The translations under genes were made by a program, and so were the position numbers. This document shows, piece after piece, positions 1-9,323 of a stretch of DNA of 64,000 nt. The stretch is from Acidimicrobiia bacterium (GTDB lineage Bacteria; Actinomycetota; Acidimicrobiia; Spongiisociales; UBA5794). The stretch lies in the NCBI GenBank assembly GCA_035461905.1, contig DATHUV010000088.1:10522-74521 (forward strand), in the 5' to 3' direction. Within the stretch, counting starts at the first letter, position 1. The number at the start of each line of letters is the position of its first letter. Under the pieces are notes generated by a model. That model saw nothing but the letters and a program-made list of their open reading frames with translations. It was not told the origin of the DNA and searched no databases.

Positions 1-55
1 GAAGAAGTACGGTCTCCGCAAGGCACGTAGGGCCCCCCAGTTCACCAAGCGGTAG
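1..55 (+). CDS. rpsI: 30S ribosomal protein S9, 3' end (rest of gene lies upstream of the window)
   Basis: Frame starting at nt 2 reads KKYGLRKARRAPQFTKR followed by TAG at 53-55, the conserved S9 C-terminus. The rpsI-glmM order is common in Actinobacteria. Confidence 0.8.
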   Translation, partial: KKYGLRKARRAPQFTKR

Positions 56-97
56 CCTGAGACCCGCTGGAGCGGTCGACACGGGAGACCCTTGCCC

Positions 98-1420
98 ATG
101 GCAGCTGACACACCCCGCCTGTTCGGCACGGATGGAGTGCGCGGCCGCGCGAATTCCGAGCTCACGCCGGAGCTCGCGTTCGACCTCGCCCGCGCTGCAG
201 GAGAGGGCATCGATCGGCACGTGGTCATCGGTCGGGACACGAGACGCTCGGGCACGATGTTGCTCTCGGCCGTCTCAGCCGGTTTCAACGCCGTGGGTGT
301 GGACACGGTCGATCTGGGGATCCTTCCTGTGGGCGGCGTGTCTCGCCTCGCCAGGGACACGGGCGCCTCGCTCGGTGTGATGATCTCGGCTTCACACAAC
401 CCCGCCGAGGACAACGGCATCAAGTTCTTCGGAATGGACGGCGCGAAGCTCTCCGACGAGCGGGAGGCGGCGATCGAGGCGCGGTACTTCTCGAAGGTCG
501 GGTACGCCAGGCCGGTCGCAGGACGGGTGGGGATCCAGACCACGATGTCCGACGCAATCACCCGCTACATCGACAAGGTCGCCTTGACGGTCGATTACTC
601 GATGAGAGGCCTCGAGTTCGTCGTCGACTGCGCAAATGGGGCGTCGTTCCTCGCGGCGCCTGAGCTGTTCCGCAGGGTGGGTGCAACCGTCATCGTCCAC
701 AACGACACGCCGGACGGGATGAACATCAACGATGGCTGTGGAGCAACCCATCCGGAGGCGATTGCCGCAGAGGCGCGTGGTCGCGTCGGGCTCGCCTTCG
801 ACGGTGACGCCGATCGGCTCATCGCAGTCGACGAGGACGGCAATGTGGTCAACGGTGACGTGATCATGGCGATCTTCGCCCAGTGGCAGCACGAGCGGGG
901 AAAGCTCAAGAACGACGTCGTCGTCGCAACCGTGATGTCCAATCTCGGCTTCCATCACGCGATGGAGCGGCTCGGTATCGAGGTCGTCGTCACCCCGGTC
1001 GGGGACCGCAACGTCGTCGAGGAGATGCGCCGCACGCACGCGGTCGTCGGCGGTGAACAGTCCGGGCACATCCTGTTGGAGGATCGATCGACCGGTGACG
1101 GACTTCGAACCGCCCTGCGACTGATGGAGGTGATGGCCGCCACCGGTCGGGAGCTGCGGGACCTGCGCACCGTGATGAGCGAGTTGCCGCAGGTGTTGAC
1201 GAACGTCACGGTCGGGTCCAAGGACGGCTGGGACGAGGATGAGGTCATCGCAGCGACCATCGCCGAGTGGGAGAAGCAGCTCGGCAGTCGCGGAAGGATC
1301 CTCGTCCGCCCATCGGGAACCGAACCCATGATTCGGGTCATGGTCGAGGCTCCGACGGCATCGGAGGCAGCGGACGCAGCCGATGCGATCGCACAGGTCG
1401 TCAGATCCTCCCTCGGCTGA
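98..1420 (+). CDS. glmM: phosphoglucosamine mutase
   Basis: ORF 92..1420. Has the phosphoserine loop SASHNPAEDNGIKFF, the metal loop FDGDADR and the GEQSGH motif. ATG at 98 is preferred over TTG at 92. Confidence 0.93.
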   Translation: MAADTPRLFGTDGVRGRANSELTPELAFDLARAAGEGIDRHVVIGRDTRRSGTMLLSAVSAGFNAVGVDTVDLGILPVGGVSRLARDTGASLGVMISASHNPAEDNGIKFFGMDGAKLSDEREAAIEARYFSKVGYARPVAGRVGIQTTMSDAITRYIDKVALTVDYSMRGLEFVVDCANGASFLAAPELFRRVGATVIVHNDTPDGMNINDGCGATHPEAIAAEARGRVGLAFDGDADRLIAVDEDGNVVNGDVIMAIFAQWQHERGKLKNDVVVATVMSNLGFHHAMERLGIEVVVTPVGDRNVVEEMRRTHAVVGGEQSGHILLEDRSTGDGLRTALRLMEVMAATGRELRDLRTVMSELPQVLTNVTVGSKDGWDEDEVIAATIAEWEKQLGSRGRILVRPSGTEPMIRVMVEAPTASEAADAADAIAQVVRSSLG

Positions 1421-1539
1421 AGACCCGGGGGATCCCTTCCTCCCAACGGTTCCCGTCCCAGCCGACCATCCATGAGGGCGACTTCGGGCTCTGACCGGTA
1501 GGATTTCAGGCAACAGACCAGACACGCGGTGCGGAACTC

Positions 1540-1685
1540 TGATAGCGCCTGCCCTCGCTCTTGCGAGGCGACGAGGAAGAGGGAGTATCGAAATGTTCGG
1601 CGGATGCCCTCTCGGCCGCTCACGGTCGTGACGGAACGGACGAAATCCCCGGAGTGATCCGGGGGACAGAAATCGTTCCGATGTG
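1540..1685 (+). ncRNA. glmS ribozyme (GlcN6P-dependent self-cleaving riboswitch) in the glmS 5' UTR
   Basis: The + strand reads A/GCGCC (1544-1549), a P1-like hairpin CCTCGC-TCTT-GCGAGG, then CGACGAGGAAGAGGGAGTATCGAAATGTTCGGCGGATGCCCTCTCGGCC. It ends with a CCCCGG-AGTGAT-CCGGGG hairpin enclosed by CGGAACG...CGTTCCG (ends 1680). The central string matches the invariant glmS ribozyme core as I recall it from Bacillus/Thermoanaerobacter sequences. It sits directly upstream of glmS (ATG 1743). Confidence 0.82.
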
Positions 1686-1742
1686 AGTGGGGACGACCCC
1701 ACACCGCCGCATCGCCCGTCTCTCACGAAAGGAGATCGCGCG

Positions 1743-3566
1743 ATGTGCGGGATCATGGGTTACGTGGGGCCGCAAGACGCTGCCCCCATCCTCGTCGACG
1801 GGCTGCGTCGACTCGAGTACAGGGGTTACGACTCGGCAGGCATCGCCGTCACGAACGGCACAATCGAGGTTCGAAAGGCGCAGGGCAAGATCGCCAATCT
1901 GGAGTCCCTCGTGGGAGCCGAGCCGGTTGCGGGCACCATTGGAATCGGGCACACCCGCTGGGCGACGCACGGTGCACCGAGTGATGCGAATGCGCACCCC
2001 CACACGGATCCCTCCGGGGAGTTCGTGGTGGTCCACAACGGCATCATCGAGAACTTCAAGAGCCTCAGGGACGAGCTCATCGCGTCGGGAGCGGTGTTCA
2101 CCTCCGACACCGACAGTGAGATCCTCGCCCACCTCGTCGCACGTGAATACGACGGCGATCTCGTCGAAGCCGTCCGACGCACCGTCGCCCTCTCCGAGGG
2201 TGCGTACGCGATGGTCGTGATGTCGATGAAGGATCCGCGCACGATCGTCGCGGTGAGGAAGATCAGCCCCCTGGTGGTTGGGCTCGGGGATGGGGAGACC
2301 TATCTCGCGTCCGACATCCCGGCCATCCTCCATCACACGCGTGACTTCCTCATCATCGAGGATGACGAGCTCGTCGTCGTGACGGAGGACGGTGCGGTCG
2401 TCGAGACGATCGGTGGCGAACCCGTGGACCGCGAAGTGACGCACATCACCTGGGATGCCGAACAGGCGGAGAAGGGCGGATACGAGCATTTCATGCTCAA
2501 GGAGATCCACGAGCAGCCATCGGTCATCACCGAGACGCTCGCGGGAAGGCTCGATGAGCATGGCACCGTCTGGCTCGAGGATGTCGGGTTCGACGATGCG
2601 TATGCGGCATCGATCGGCAGGGTGTGGATCACGGCGTGCGGCACGGCGTACCACGCGGGCCTCATCGGTCAGGAGATCTTCCGGCGTGTCCTTCGACTCC
2701 CCACCAACGTGGAGTACGCCCACGAGCTGCGGTACGCCGATCCCATCATCGGCCCGAACGAGCTGACGATCGCCATCTCCCAGTCAGGTGAGACGGCCGA
2801 CACGCTCGCAGCGGCCCGTCTCGCATCCGAGCATGGGAGCAGGATGCTCGCCATCACCAACGTGGTGGGATCGACCCTGTCACGCTACGCCGACGACATC
2901 CTCTACACGAGGGCGGGACCGGAGATCTCGGTCGCGTCGACCAAGGCCTACATGGCGATGCTGATCGCGCAGTATCTGCTGGCACTGCGCATCGGGGCGG
3001 CGCGCGGCACCGTGAACGCAGAGCTCGCCGCCGGGGTCGCCCATGGCCTCCATCAGCTCCCGGCCGCCATCGATGAGGTTCTGAGGCGCTCGGATGAAGC
3101 GGAGAAGGCGGCGCGGTTCGTGCTCGATGCCGACGACATGTACTTCATCGGTCGCGGTCTCGATTACGCCGTCGCGATGGAGGGATCGCTCAAGCTCAAG
3201 GAGATCTCCTACCTGCATTCGGAGGCGATGCCCGCAGGTGAGCTCAAGCACGGGACTCTCGCCCTGATCACCGAGGGCGTTCCGGTGGTCGTGATCCTGA
3301 CCCAACGTGCGGTGTACGACAAGACGATATCCGCCGTCCAGGAGGTCAAGGCGAGGGGCGGAAAGATCATCGCTGTGGCGTATGACACGGACGACGTCAT
3401 CGACGCCTACGCGGACCACGTCTTGCGCATCCCCGACATGGAGGACCTCCTCGCGCCCGTTGCAGCCGTGGTGCCGCTCCAGATGCTCGCGTATCACGTG
3501 GCGCGCCTGCGCGGACACGACATCGACCAACCGAGGAACCTGGCGAAGAGCGTCACCGTCGAGTAG
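1743..3566 (+). CDS. glmS: glutamine--fructose-6-phosphate aminotransferase (isomerizing)
   Basis: ORF 1683..3566. The catalytic Cys follows the initiator Met (MCGIMGYVG, ATG 1743). Class-II amidotransferase domain plus two SIS domains; C-terminus ...AKSVTVE. Confidence 0.95.
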   Translation: MCGIMGYVGPQDAAPILVDGLRRLEYRGYDSAGIAVTNGTIEVRKAQGKIANLESLVGAEPVAGTIGIGHTRWATHGAPSDANAHPHTDPSGEFVVVHNGIIENFKSLRDELIASGAVFTSDTDSEILAHLVAREYDGDLVEAVRRTVALSEGAYAMVVMSMKDPRTIVAVRKISPLVVGLGDGETYLASDIPAILHHTRDFLIIEDDELVVVTEDGAVVETIGGEPVDREVTHITWDAEQAEKGGYEHFMLKEIHEQPSVITETLAGRLDEHGTVWLEDVGFDDAYAASIGRVWITACGTAYHAGLIGQEIFRRVLRLPTNVEYAHELRYADPIIGPNELTIAISQSGETADTLAAARLASEHGSRMLAITNVVGSTLSRYADDILYTRAGPEISVASTKAYMAMLIAQYLLALRIGAARGTVNAELAAGVAHGLHQLPAAIDEVLRRSDEAEKAARFVLDADDMYFIGRGLDYAVAMEGSLKLKEISYLHSEAMPAGELKHGTLALITEGVPVVVILTQRAVYDKTISAVQEVKARGGKIIAVAYDTDDVIDAYADHVLRIPDMEDLLAPVAAVVPLQMLAYHVARLRGHDIDQPRNLAKSVTVE

Positions 3567-4215
3567 CAGCGGAGGAGTCGGATTCGACCCTCCTCGCGAG
3601 GCCGCGCATCATCTGCCCTGCCATCACGAAGTCGGCGGGCACGAGCACGGCCTGGTAGGCCAGCCAGATCCACAAAGGGGCGACGGTTCCACGCGTCCGG
3701 AACACGAAACGCGTGCGGCCTGATCCGAGGTCGGTGAGGTGAAACGTCCACGTCCAATCGAGGCTCGCCCCTCGGCGACGCAGGCTCATCGGGAGGTGGG
3801 TCGTCGAGTGGAGCACGAGGTACTCGTCGGGCTGCAGGCGCTCGATGATGAATCCGGTTTCGCTTTCGGGCGGTCCGTCGGGGATGAAGTCCCCGACGCT
3901 GCGTGTTTGGAGGTCTGGGATGATGTGATTGACAGCAGGCCAGTTGGCGGGGAAGAGGACACGGTCGACCCACGGGGAGGTGTACCAGCCTCCCTGATGC
4001 CACCCCATCTGGATCAGCCACGGCCAGACCGAAGAAGGCGGCGCATCGAGGGTCGTGGCGTGTGTGGTCGTCAGCGTCGAGCGAGGCACGATATCGTCAC
4101 CGGGAAGGATCATGGTTCGTTCCGACCTGGTGGTGCCAGAGGTGCGACCGAGCACCTGCAGGACGCCGAACAGGGTTCCGCCGATGATCGCGAACCGTGC
4201 CAAACGAGACACCAT
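3553..4215 (-). CDS. SRPBCC-like (polyketide cyclase/dehydrase-type ligand-binding fold) protein, function unknown
   Basis: ORF 3553..4365. The body (…PSSVWPWLIQMGWHQGGWYTSPWVDR…) resembles SRPBCC family proteins, from memory. Start placed at ATG 4215 (GGAG a few nt upstream) because the longer N-terminus looks non-coding; the start is uncertain. Confidence 0.5.
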   Translation of the reverse strand: MVSRLARFAIIGGTLFGVLQVLGRTSGTTRSERTMILPGDDIVPRSTLTTTHATTLDAPPSSVWPWLIQMGWHQGGWYTSPWVDRVLFPANWPAVNHIIPDLQTRSVGDFIPDGPPESETGFIIERLQPDEYLVLHSTTHLPMSLRRRGASLDWTWTFHLTDLGSGRTRFVFRTRGTVAPLWIWLAYQAVLVPADFVMAGQMMRGLARRVESDSSAATRR

Positions 4216-4330
4216 CGGACTCCGTGGGTGGGCCCAACCCTCTCCGAGCAGATTAGTCGACCCGATCGACGTGTCCGAGTCGAAGTGTCGGCGTTCTTCC
4301 GACTTCTCCAATCGCACCGGTAGCGCGACA

Positions 4331-5062
4331 ATGGTCGAGAGGGCCATGCGACGCATCGACGACATCGATCGATACCTGAGGGCGACGCTCGCCGCCGAAC
4401 GGGTGTCGGGCGCCGCGCCGGGACCGCCCGATCAACACCCGTTCGTGACGATCTCCCGTCAGGCGGGCACGGGGGCGCATGCCCTCGCCGACGTCATGGT
4501 GGAGGTGTTCTCTGCACGACCGGAGTCGGACATCTTCTCGGGGTGGCAGGTGTACGACCGAACGCTGTGTGAGCTGGTGGCGAGGGACCCGCGTTTCGCG
4601 CGATCGTTCGACTCGCTCGTCGAGGAGGAGTACCGGTCGACGACCAACGACTTCTTCCACCAGATGATCCGCTCGACCGTGGATCAGAAACTCGTCATGA
4701 ACCGCACATTCCTCGTGGTGAGGGCGATCGCCGGCATGGGCAAGTCGATCATCGTCGGAAGGGGCGGATCATTCGTCACCAGGGACATGCCGCTCGGAAT
4801 CGCCCTACGCATGGTGTCCCCGGATGACTACCGGATCCAACGAGCCATGCGCGTTCATGACCTCGACGAACGCGAAGCTCGCTCTGGAGCGAAGAAGCGT
4901 GACGCGGACCGCGCCCGAATGATCAGGAAGCACTTTGGAGCCGACGTTTCGGACCCGGCCGGGTATGACATCACCGTCAATGTCGCGTCCGTGGACTACC
5001 ACACGATCGGGTCTGCCGTGGCCTCCCTCGTCGTCGCGAGGGCGACCGCGCAGATCCCATGA
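4331..5062 (+). CDS. cytidylate kinase-like family protein (P-loop kinase fold, degenerate Walker A)
   Basis: ORF 4055..5062. The conserved part begins at MVERAMRRIDD (ATG 4331). FVTISRQAGTGAHALA and the C-terminal ...ARMIRKHFGADVSDPAGYDITVN resemble the Cytidylate_kin2-type family (from memory). Confidence 0.6.
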   Translation: MVERAMRRIDDIDRYLRATLAAERVSGAAPGPPDQHPFVTISRQAGTGAHALADVMVEVFSARPESDIFSGWQVYDRTLCELVARDPRFARSFDSLVEEEYRSTTNDFFHQMIRSTVDQKLVMNRTFLVVRAIAGMGKSIIVGRGGSFVTRDMPLGIALRMVSPDDYRIQRAMRVHDLDEREARSGAKKRDADRARMIRKHFGADVSDPAGYDITVNVASVDYHTIGSAVASLVVARATAQIP

Positions 5063-5426
5063 TGAAGGAGACGGCACGGAACACATCCTGACCGGACACT
5101 TCCTCACCCGGCACGAGGCCGCGCTGAGAGCCGGGATCCCCTCGGTCGAGACGAGCCACCGTCCGGACCTGCTGCGGATCGGTGGGACATACCTCGAGGA
5201 GGTGTACTTCGCGTTCCAATTCGACGGAACCGGGATTCGACGTGACCTTGGCAGGGTCGTCCAACGCCTCCATCGGAACTACGACGACGTCACGATCGCC
5301 GACTGGCTCGCCAGGCCGAACCCGGCACTCGCGCACCTGTCCCCGCTCGAGTGGGCACGCGGCGGACTGGATCCATCCAAGCTCCTCACAGCGGCCGAGT
5401 CGTTTCCGCCGGTCGTACACCTGTGA
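4965..5426 (+). CDS. Xre/MbcA/ParS-type antitoxin-like protein (HTH plus DUF2384-like C-terminal domain); start codon unresolved
   Basis: Frame 4935..5426. Has the HTH-like LTRHEAALRAGIPSVETSHRPDLLRI and the C-terminal ADWLARPNPALAHLSPLEWARGGLDPSKLL (W-L-x2-P-N-P-A-L...P-L-E signature). There is no in-frame ATG/GTG/TTG after the upstream stop at 5062. The canonical starts are TTG 4935, ATG 4965 and ATG 4980, which overlap the upstream gene. Confidence 0.45.
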   Translation: MTSPSMSRPWTTTRSGLPWPPSSSRGRPRRSHDEGDGTEHILTGHFLTRHEAALRAGIPSVETSHRPDLLRIGGTYLEEVYFAFQFDGTGIRRDLGRVVQRLHRNYDDVTIADWLARPNPALAHLSPLEWARGGLDPSKLLTAAESFPPVVHL

Positions 5427-5467
5427 TCCCAACCGCGTCGGGCGCGGTCGAACTACGCTCCGGGGAC

Positions 5468-5848
5468 ATGGAAATCATCGGTATGGGTGTCGACCTGGCC
5501 CAAGTGGATCGGGTGCGCGGCCTCCTGGCGAAGAGCCCGGAGGCTTTCCGGCGCCGCTGCTACACGGACCATGAGTGGGAGTACGCACACCGCTATCGGG
5601 ATCCCTCTGAACGCCTCGCCGCTCGATTCGCCGGCAAGGAGGCGGTGATGAAGAGCCTCTTCACGGGCTGGCGGCGGATCCCGTGGACGGACATCGAGAT
5701 CACAGGGGGCGGCCCGCCGCGGGTTCATCTGTACGGCAGGGCCCGCCAACGAGCTGACATGCTCGGTGTCACAAACATCATGATCAGCATCACCCACACA
5801 CGCGAGACCGCCATGGTCTTCGTGATCTCCCAGGGAGTACATCCATGA
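5468..5848 (+). CDS. acpS: holo-[acyl-carrier-protein] synthase
   Basis: ORF 5351..5848. Starts MEIIGMGVDLAQVDRV (ATG 5468); ARFAGKEAVMKS and ISITHT motifs are typical of AcpS. Confidence 0.85.
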   Translation: MEIIGMGVDLAQVDRVRGLLAKSPEAFRRRCYTDHEWEYAHRYRDPSERLAARFAGKEAVMKSLFTGWRRIPWTDIEITGGGPPRVHLYGRARQRADMLGVTNIMISITHTRETAMVFVISQGVHP

Positions 5849-7281
5849 TCGACGTACTCGACGTCGCGGAGATGGGGAGGGTCGATGCCGCGTCAACCGT
5901 CCCTGTCGACGTACTCATGGACCGAGCGGGGTACGCGGTTGCTGTGGCAGCCGCAGGCATGGGTGCGAGCTACGGAACGACCGTCCATGTCCTGTGCGGA
6001 ACGGGGAACAATGGTGGTGACGGGTACGTCGCAGCTGCATACCTCGCATCGCGCGGAGTCGCCGTGCGCATCCATGCCCTCGGTGAGCCTGCCGAGGACA
6101 GCCCCGCTGGCCGTGCCGCGACCCGCGCTCGCGCCGCAGGCGTGCCTGTCACGTCGATGGGTTCGCCGATACCGGGGGATCTCGTCATCGACGCGGTCTT
6201 CGGCACCGGGTTCCATGGTCGGCTCCCCGATCAGGTGGCAGCATGGTCTGCCACCGAGATCCCCGTTCTCGCCGTGGATGTCCCGTCCGGTGTCGACGGG
6301 GACAACGGCACCGTCGAAGGGCCTGCGTTCTTCGCGTCGCGCACCGTGACGTTCCACGCCCTCAAGCTCGGCCACATCCTCGGGGAGGGGCCCGATAGGT
6401 CGGGCCGGATCGAGGTCGTGGACATCGGGCTCGCCGGCGGAACGCCGGTGATGCGGGTTGTCGAAGGACGCGACATCGACCTCCCTTCGAGGTCGCGTAC
6501 GGCACACAAGTGGACGTCGGGCGCCGTTGCGACGATCGGAGGCATGCCTGGGCTCACAGGTGCGGCACTCCTCTCAGCGAGGTCTGCGCTGCGATGCGGC
6601 GCCGGCGTCTCGTCGATACTCGCCACTGCACGGACCGTTGATACCTATGAGGCGCTGGCACCGGAGATCACGGTGCTCCAGAGCTCCGAGACCGACTCGT
6701 GGAGGGACCACGCCTCCGAGGTCCTCTCCCTGCTCGGTCGGTACGACGTCCTCGTCGTGGGCCCGGGCCTCGAACCTGCGCCCCCACTGTTCGTCGAGCG
6801 GCTCCTCGAGGGATTCGACCGCACGGTCGTGGTCGATGCGGGTGCCATCGCTGCAATCGGACGACTCGACACGATCCTCGAACGGGACGCACCGACGATC
6901 CTGACACCCCACGCCGGTGAGTTCAAACGTCTGGTGGGAACCGAGGGGAGCGCCGAGAACGCGCGAGACCTCGCAATTGCGACGGGATCGGTGATCCTCC
7001 TCAAGGGCAACCCGACGTTCGTGGCAGGGGACCACCTCACGGTGGTGGACACCGGCGGACCGGAGCTGGCAACCATCGGAACTGGTGACGTCCTCGCAGG
7101 AGCCGTGGCAGCGCTCGCCGCGAGCGGTGTCGACGCCGAGGCGGCCGCGTGGTCAGCAGCGTTCCTCCATGGCGTTGCCGGGTCATCCCTGGCGGCGAGA
7201 AACGCCGTCACCGCGCCGTCCCTCGTCGACGAGCTCGGTCTCGTCGTCGCATCGGCACGCCGCACCTCCCGCATCGGATGA
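5845..7281 (+). CDS. nnr: bifunctional NAD(P)H-hydrate repair enzyme (epimerase / ADP-dependent dehydratase)
   Basis: 478 aa. N-terminal YjeF_N-like part (CGTGNNGGDGYVAA) and C-terminal carbohydrate-kinase-like dehydratase part (GTGDVLAG). 4-nt overlap with acpS. Confidence 0.85.
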   Translation: MIDVLDVAEMGRVDAASTVPVDVLMDRAGYAVAVAAAGMGASYGTTVHVLCGTGNNGGDGYVAAAYLASRGVAVRIHALGEPAEDSPAGRAATRARAAGVPVTSMGSPIPGDLVIDAVFGTGFHGRLPDQVAAWSATEIPVLAVDVPSGVDGDNGTVEGPAFFASRTVTFHALKLGHILGEGPDRSGRIEVVDIGLAGGTPVMRVVEGRDIDLPSRSRTAHKWTSGAVATIGGMPGLTGAALLSARSALRCGAGVSSILATARTVDTYEALAPEITVLQSSETDSWRDHASEVLSLLGRYDVLVVGPGLEPAPPLFVERLLEGFDRTVVVDAGAIAAIGRLDTILERDAPTILTPHAGEFKRLVGTEGSAENARDLAIATGSVILLKGNPTFVAGDHLTVVDTGGPELATIGTGDVLAGAVAALAASGVDAEAAAWSAAFLHGVAGSSLAARNAVTAPSLVDELGLVVASARRTSRIG

Positions 7282-7321
7282 TCGCACCGCTACCGTCCCG
7301 TGGTCGGGAAACGGAGAACTG

Positions 7322-8443
7322 ATGCGACCGTCATGGATCGAGATCGACCTCGACGCGATCGAGCACAACGCACGGGAGATCGCCGCGCACATCGCGCCTG
7401 CGGCGCTGTGCGCCGTCGTGAAGGCGGATGCATACGGGCACGGTGACATCCCGGTTGCAGAGGCTGCCATCGCAGGCGGTGCTACGTATCTCGCAGTCGC
7501 CCTCGTCGAGGAAGGTGTCCGCCTCAGGGAGGCAGATATCGACGTGCCGATCCTTGTCCTGTCGGAACCGACGATCGACGAGGTAGAGCCGATCGTGAGG
7601 CACGGTCTCACACCGACCGCGTATCGGCTCTCCTTCGTGGACGAGCTCGCCGAGTCTGCGGAACGGGCGACGACGGTGCCGTACCCCGTCCACCTCAAAC
7701 TCGACACAGGGATGCACCGCGTGGGCGTCGGTTCGCCCGAAGCGCTCGACATCGCACTGCGAATCGACGCCGATCCGCGCCTCGTCCTCCAGGGCGTGTA
7801 TACGCACTTCCCCTCCGCCGACAGCGACAGGGATTTCACCCAACGTCAGAGCGATGAGCTCGACGCGTTCATCGCCGTGCTCGCAACGGCAGGCATCAGG
7901 CCCAGGCTCCTCCACGCCGCCAACACCGCTGCAGCGTTCGAGATGCCGGACACCAGGTACGACCTCTGCAGGGTGGGCCTCGGTCTGTACGGACTGCGTC
8001 CTGCTCCTGACTACGGGGCAGACATCGACCTCCGCCCGGCGATGCGCGTCGTGAGCCACGTTGGATACCTCCAGCGACTACCCGCCGGGTCTCGCCCGTC
8101 GTATGGGCGGCGGCGAGCCCTTGGATCCCCGAGCACGGTCGCAACCGTTCCGATCGGGTACGCCGACGGAGTGCCTCGCAGCCTCACGGATACGGCCACC
8201 GTGCTGATACACGGCAAGCGATATCCGTACGCAGGAACCGTGACGATGGACATGGTGATGGTCGATCTCGGCGACGACACCGTCGAGGTCGGCGACCAGG
8301 TTGTGCTCCTCGGCGCACAGGAAGGTGACGAAATCTCGGTCGACGAGTGGGCAGAGATGCTCGGAACCATCACTTGGGAGGTCGTCTGCCACTTCGGGCC
8401 ACGACTCGTTCGGCGCTACATCGGTGGATCCCATGCCGGGTGA
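7322..8443 (+). CDS. alr: alanine racemase
   Basis: ORF 7085..8443. Starts MRPSWIEIDLDAIEHN (ATG 7322); PLP-lysine motif VVKADAYGHG; C-terminal ...TITWEVVCHFGPRLVRRY. Confidence 0.92.
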   Translation: MRPSWIEIDLDAIEHNAREIAAHIAPAALCAVVKADAYGHGDIPVAEAAIAGGATYLAVALVEEGVRLREADIDVPILVLSEPTIDEVEPIVRHGLTPTAYRLSFVDELAESAERATTVPYPVHLKLDTGMHRVGVGSPEALDIALRIDADPRLVLQGVYTHFPSADSDRDFTQRQSDELDAFIAVLATAGIRPRLLHAANTAAAFEMPDTRYDLCRVGLGLYGLRPAPDYGADIDLRPAMRVVSHVGYLQRLPAGSRPSYGRRRALGSPSTVATVPIGYADGVPRSLTDTATVLIHGKRYPYAGTVTMDMVMVDLGDDTVEVGDQVVLLGAQEGDEISVDEWAEMLGTITWEVVCHFGPRLVRRYIGGSHAG

Positions 8444-9323
8444 ACGCAGCCTCACCGACGTCCCCGGTGTCGAAGTCGGCCATTGCACGAACGAGGACGC
8501 ACGGACGGGCGTGACCGTGATGACGTTCGCCGAACCGAATGTTGCCGTCGTCGACGTCCGTGGAGGTGGACCGGGATCACGCGAGCACGCAATCCTCGGG
8601 CATGCCGTCAAACCCGTCACCGTCAACGCACTCGTGTTCGCAGGGGGCTCCGCGTTCGGCCTCGCAGCAGCCAACGGCGTCGTGGAGGACATCGAACGTG
8701 AGGGGAGGGGCGCCCCTACACCGGCCGGTCCCGTTCCGATCGTTCCCGCCGCGATCATCTACGACCTGATGGTCGGCAGGTCGGACGTAAGGCCGACCGC
8801 AGCCGACGGATCGACGGCGTACGCCAATCGGTCGGACAGGCCCGTCCCCATGGGAAGCGTCGGAGCAGGTTCGGGTGCGACCGTCGGCAAGATCAACGGT
8901 CCGGCGGGGGTCACCCGATCGGGTGTGGGGTCCTCGTCGGCGGTGGTGGATGAGGCACGGGTGGGTGCGTTGGCGGTCGTCAACGCCGTCGGGGACGTGT
9001 ATGACCTCGCAGGTCACCGGCTCACAGGCTCTGTGGACCTCGATCGCATGCGTGGCGAGGGCCCGTTCGGGTTCAACACGACGCTCATCGCGGTGGCGAC
9101 GGACGCATGGATCGAGGACCGCAACGAGCTTCGAAGGTTCGCGATTCGGGCACACGACGCCCTTGCCGCCACCGTCCGGCCCGCACACACCCGATACGAC
9201 GGCGATACGGCGTTCGTGATTTCGTGCGGTCGGCGCCAAGCGGACGTGGACAGTCTCGGCGACGCCGTGTTCTCGGTCGTCGCGTCGTCCATCGTCAACG
9301 CCGTCCTCGAGAGTCGCGAGTGA
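8433..9323 (+). CDS. P1 family peptidase (DmpA/S58 L-aminopeptidase-like)
   Basis: ORF 8301..9323. Starts at MPGERSLTDVPGVEVGHCTN (ATG 8433, 11-nt overlap with alr). Motifs RGGGPGSRE, AGGSAFGL, GSVGAGSGATVGK and FNTTLIAVATDA are typical of this family. Confidence 0.8.
   Translation: MPGERSLTDVPGVEVGHCTNEDARTGVTVMTFAEPNVAVVDVRGGGPGSREHAILGHAVKPVTVNALVFAGGSAFGLAAANGVVEDIEREGRGAPTPAGPVPIVPAAIIYDLMVGRSDVRPTAADGSTAYANRSDRPVPMGSVGAGSGATVGKINGPAGVTRSGVGSSSAVVDEARVGALAVVNAVGDVYDLAGHRLTGSVDLDRMRGEGPFGFNTTLIAVATDAWIEDRNELRRFAIRAHDALAATVRPAHTRYDGDTAFVISCGRRQADVDSLGDAVFSVVASSIVNAVLESRE

Noticed and set aside
392-1756. 454-aa minus-strand ORF spanning glmM and the glmM-glmS spacer
   Set aside because: It is antisense to the well-supported glmM gene and crosses the glmS ribozyme. 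It has low-complexity Arg/Pro/Gly composition and no family resemblance.
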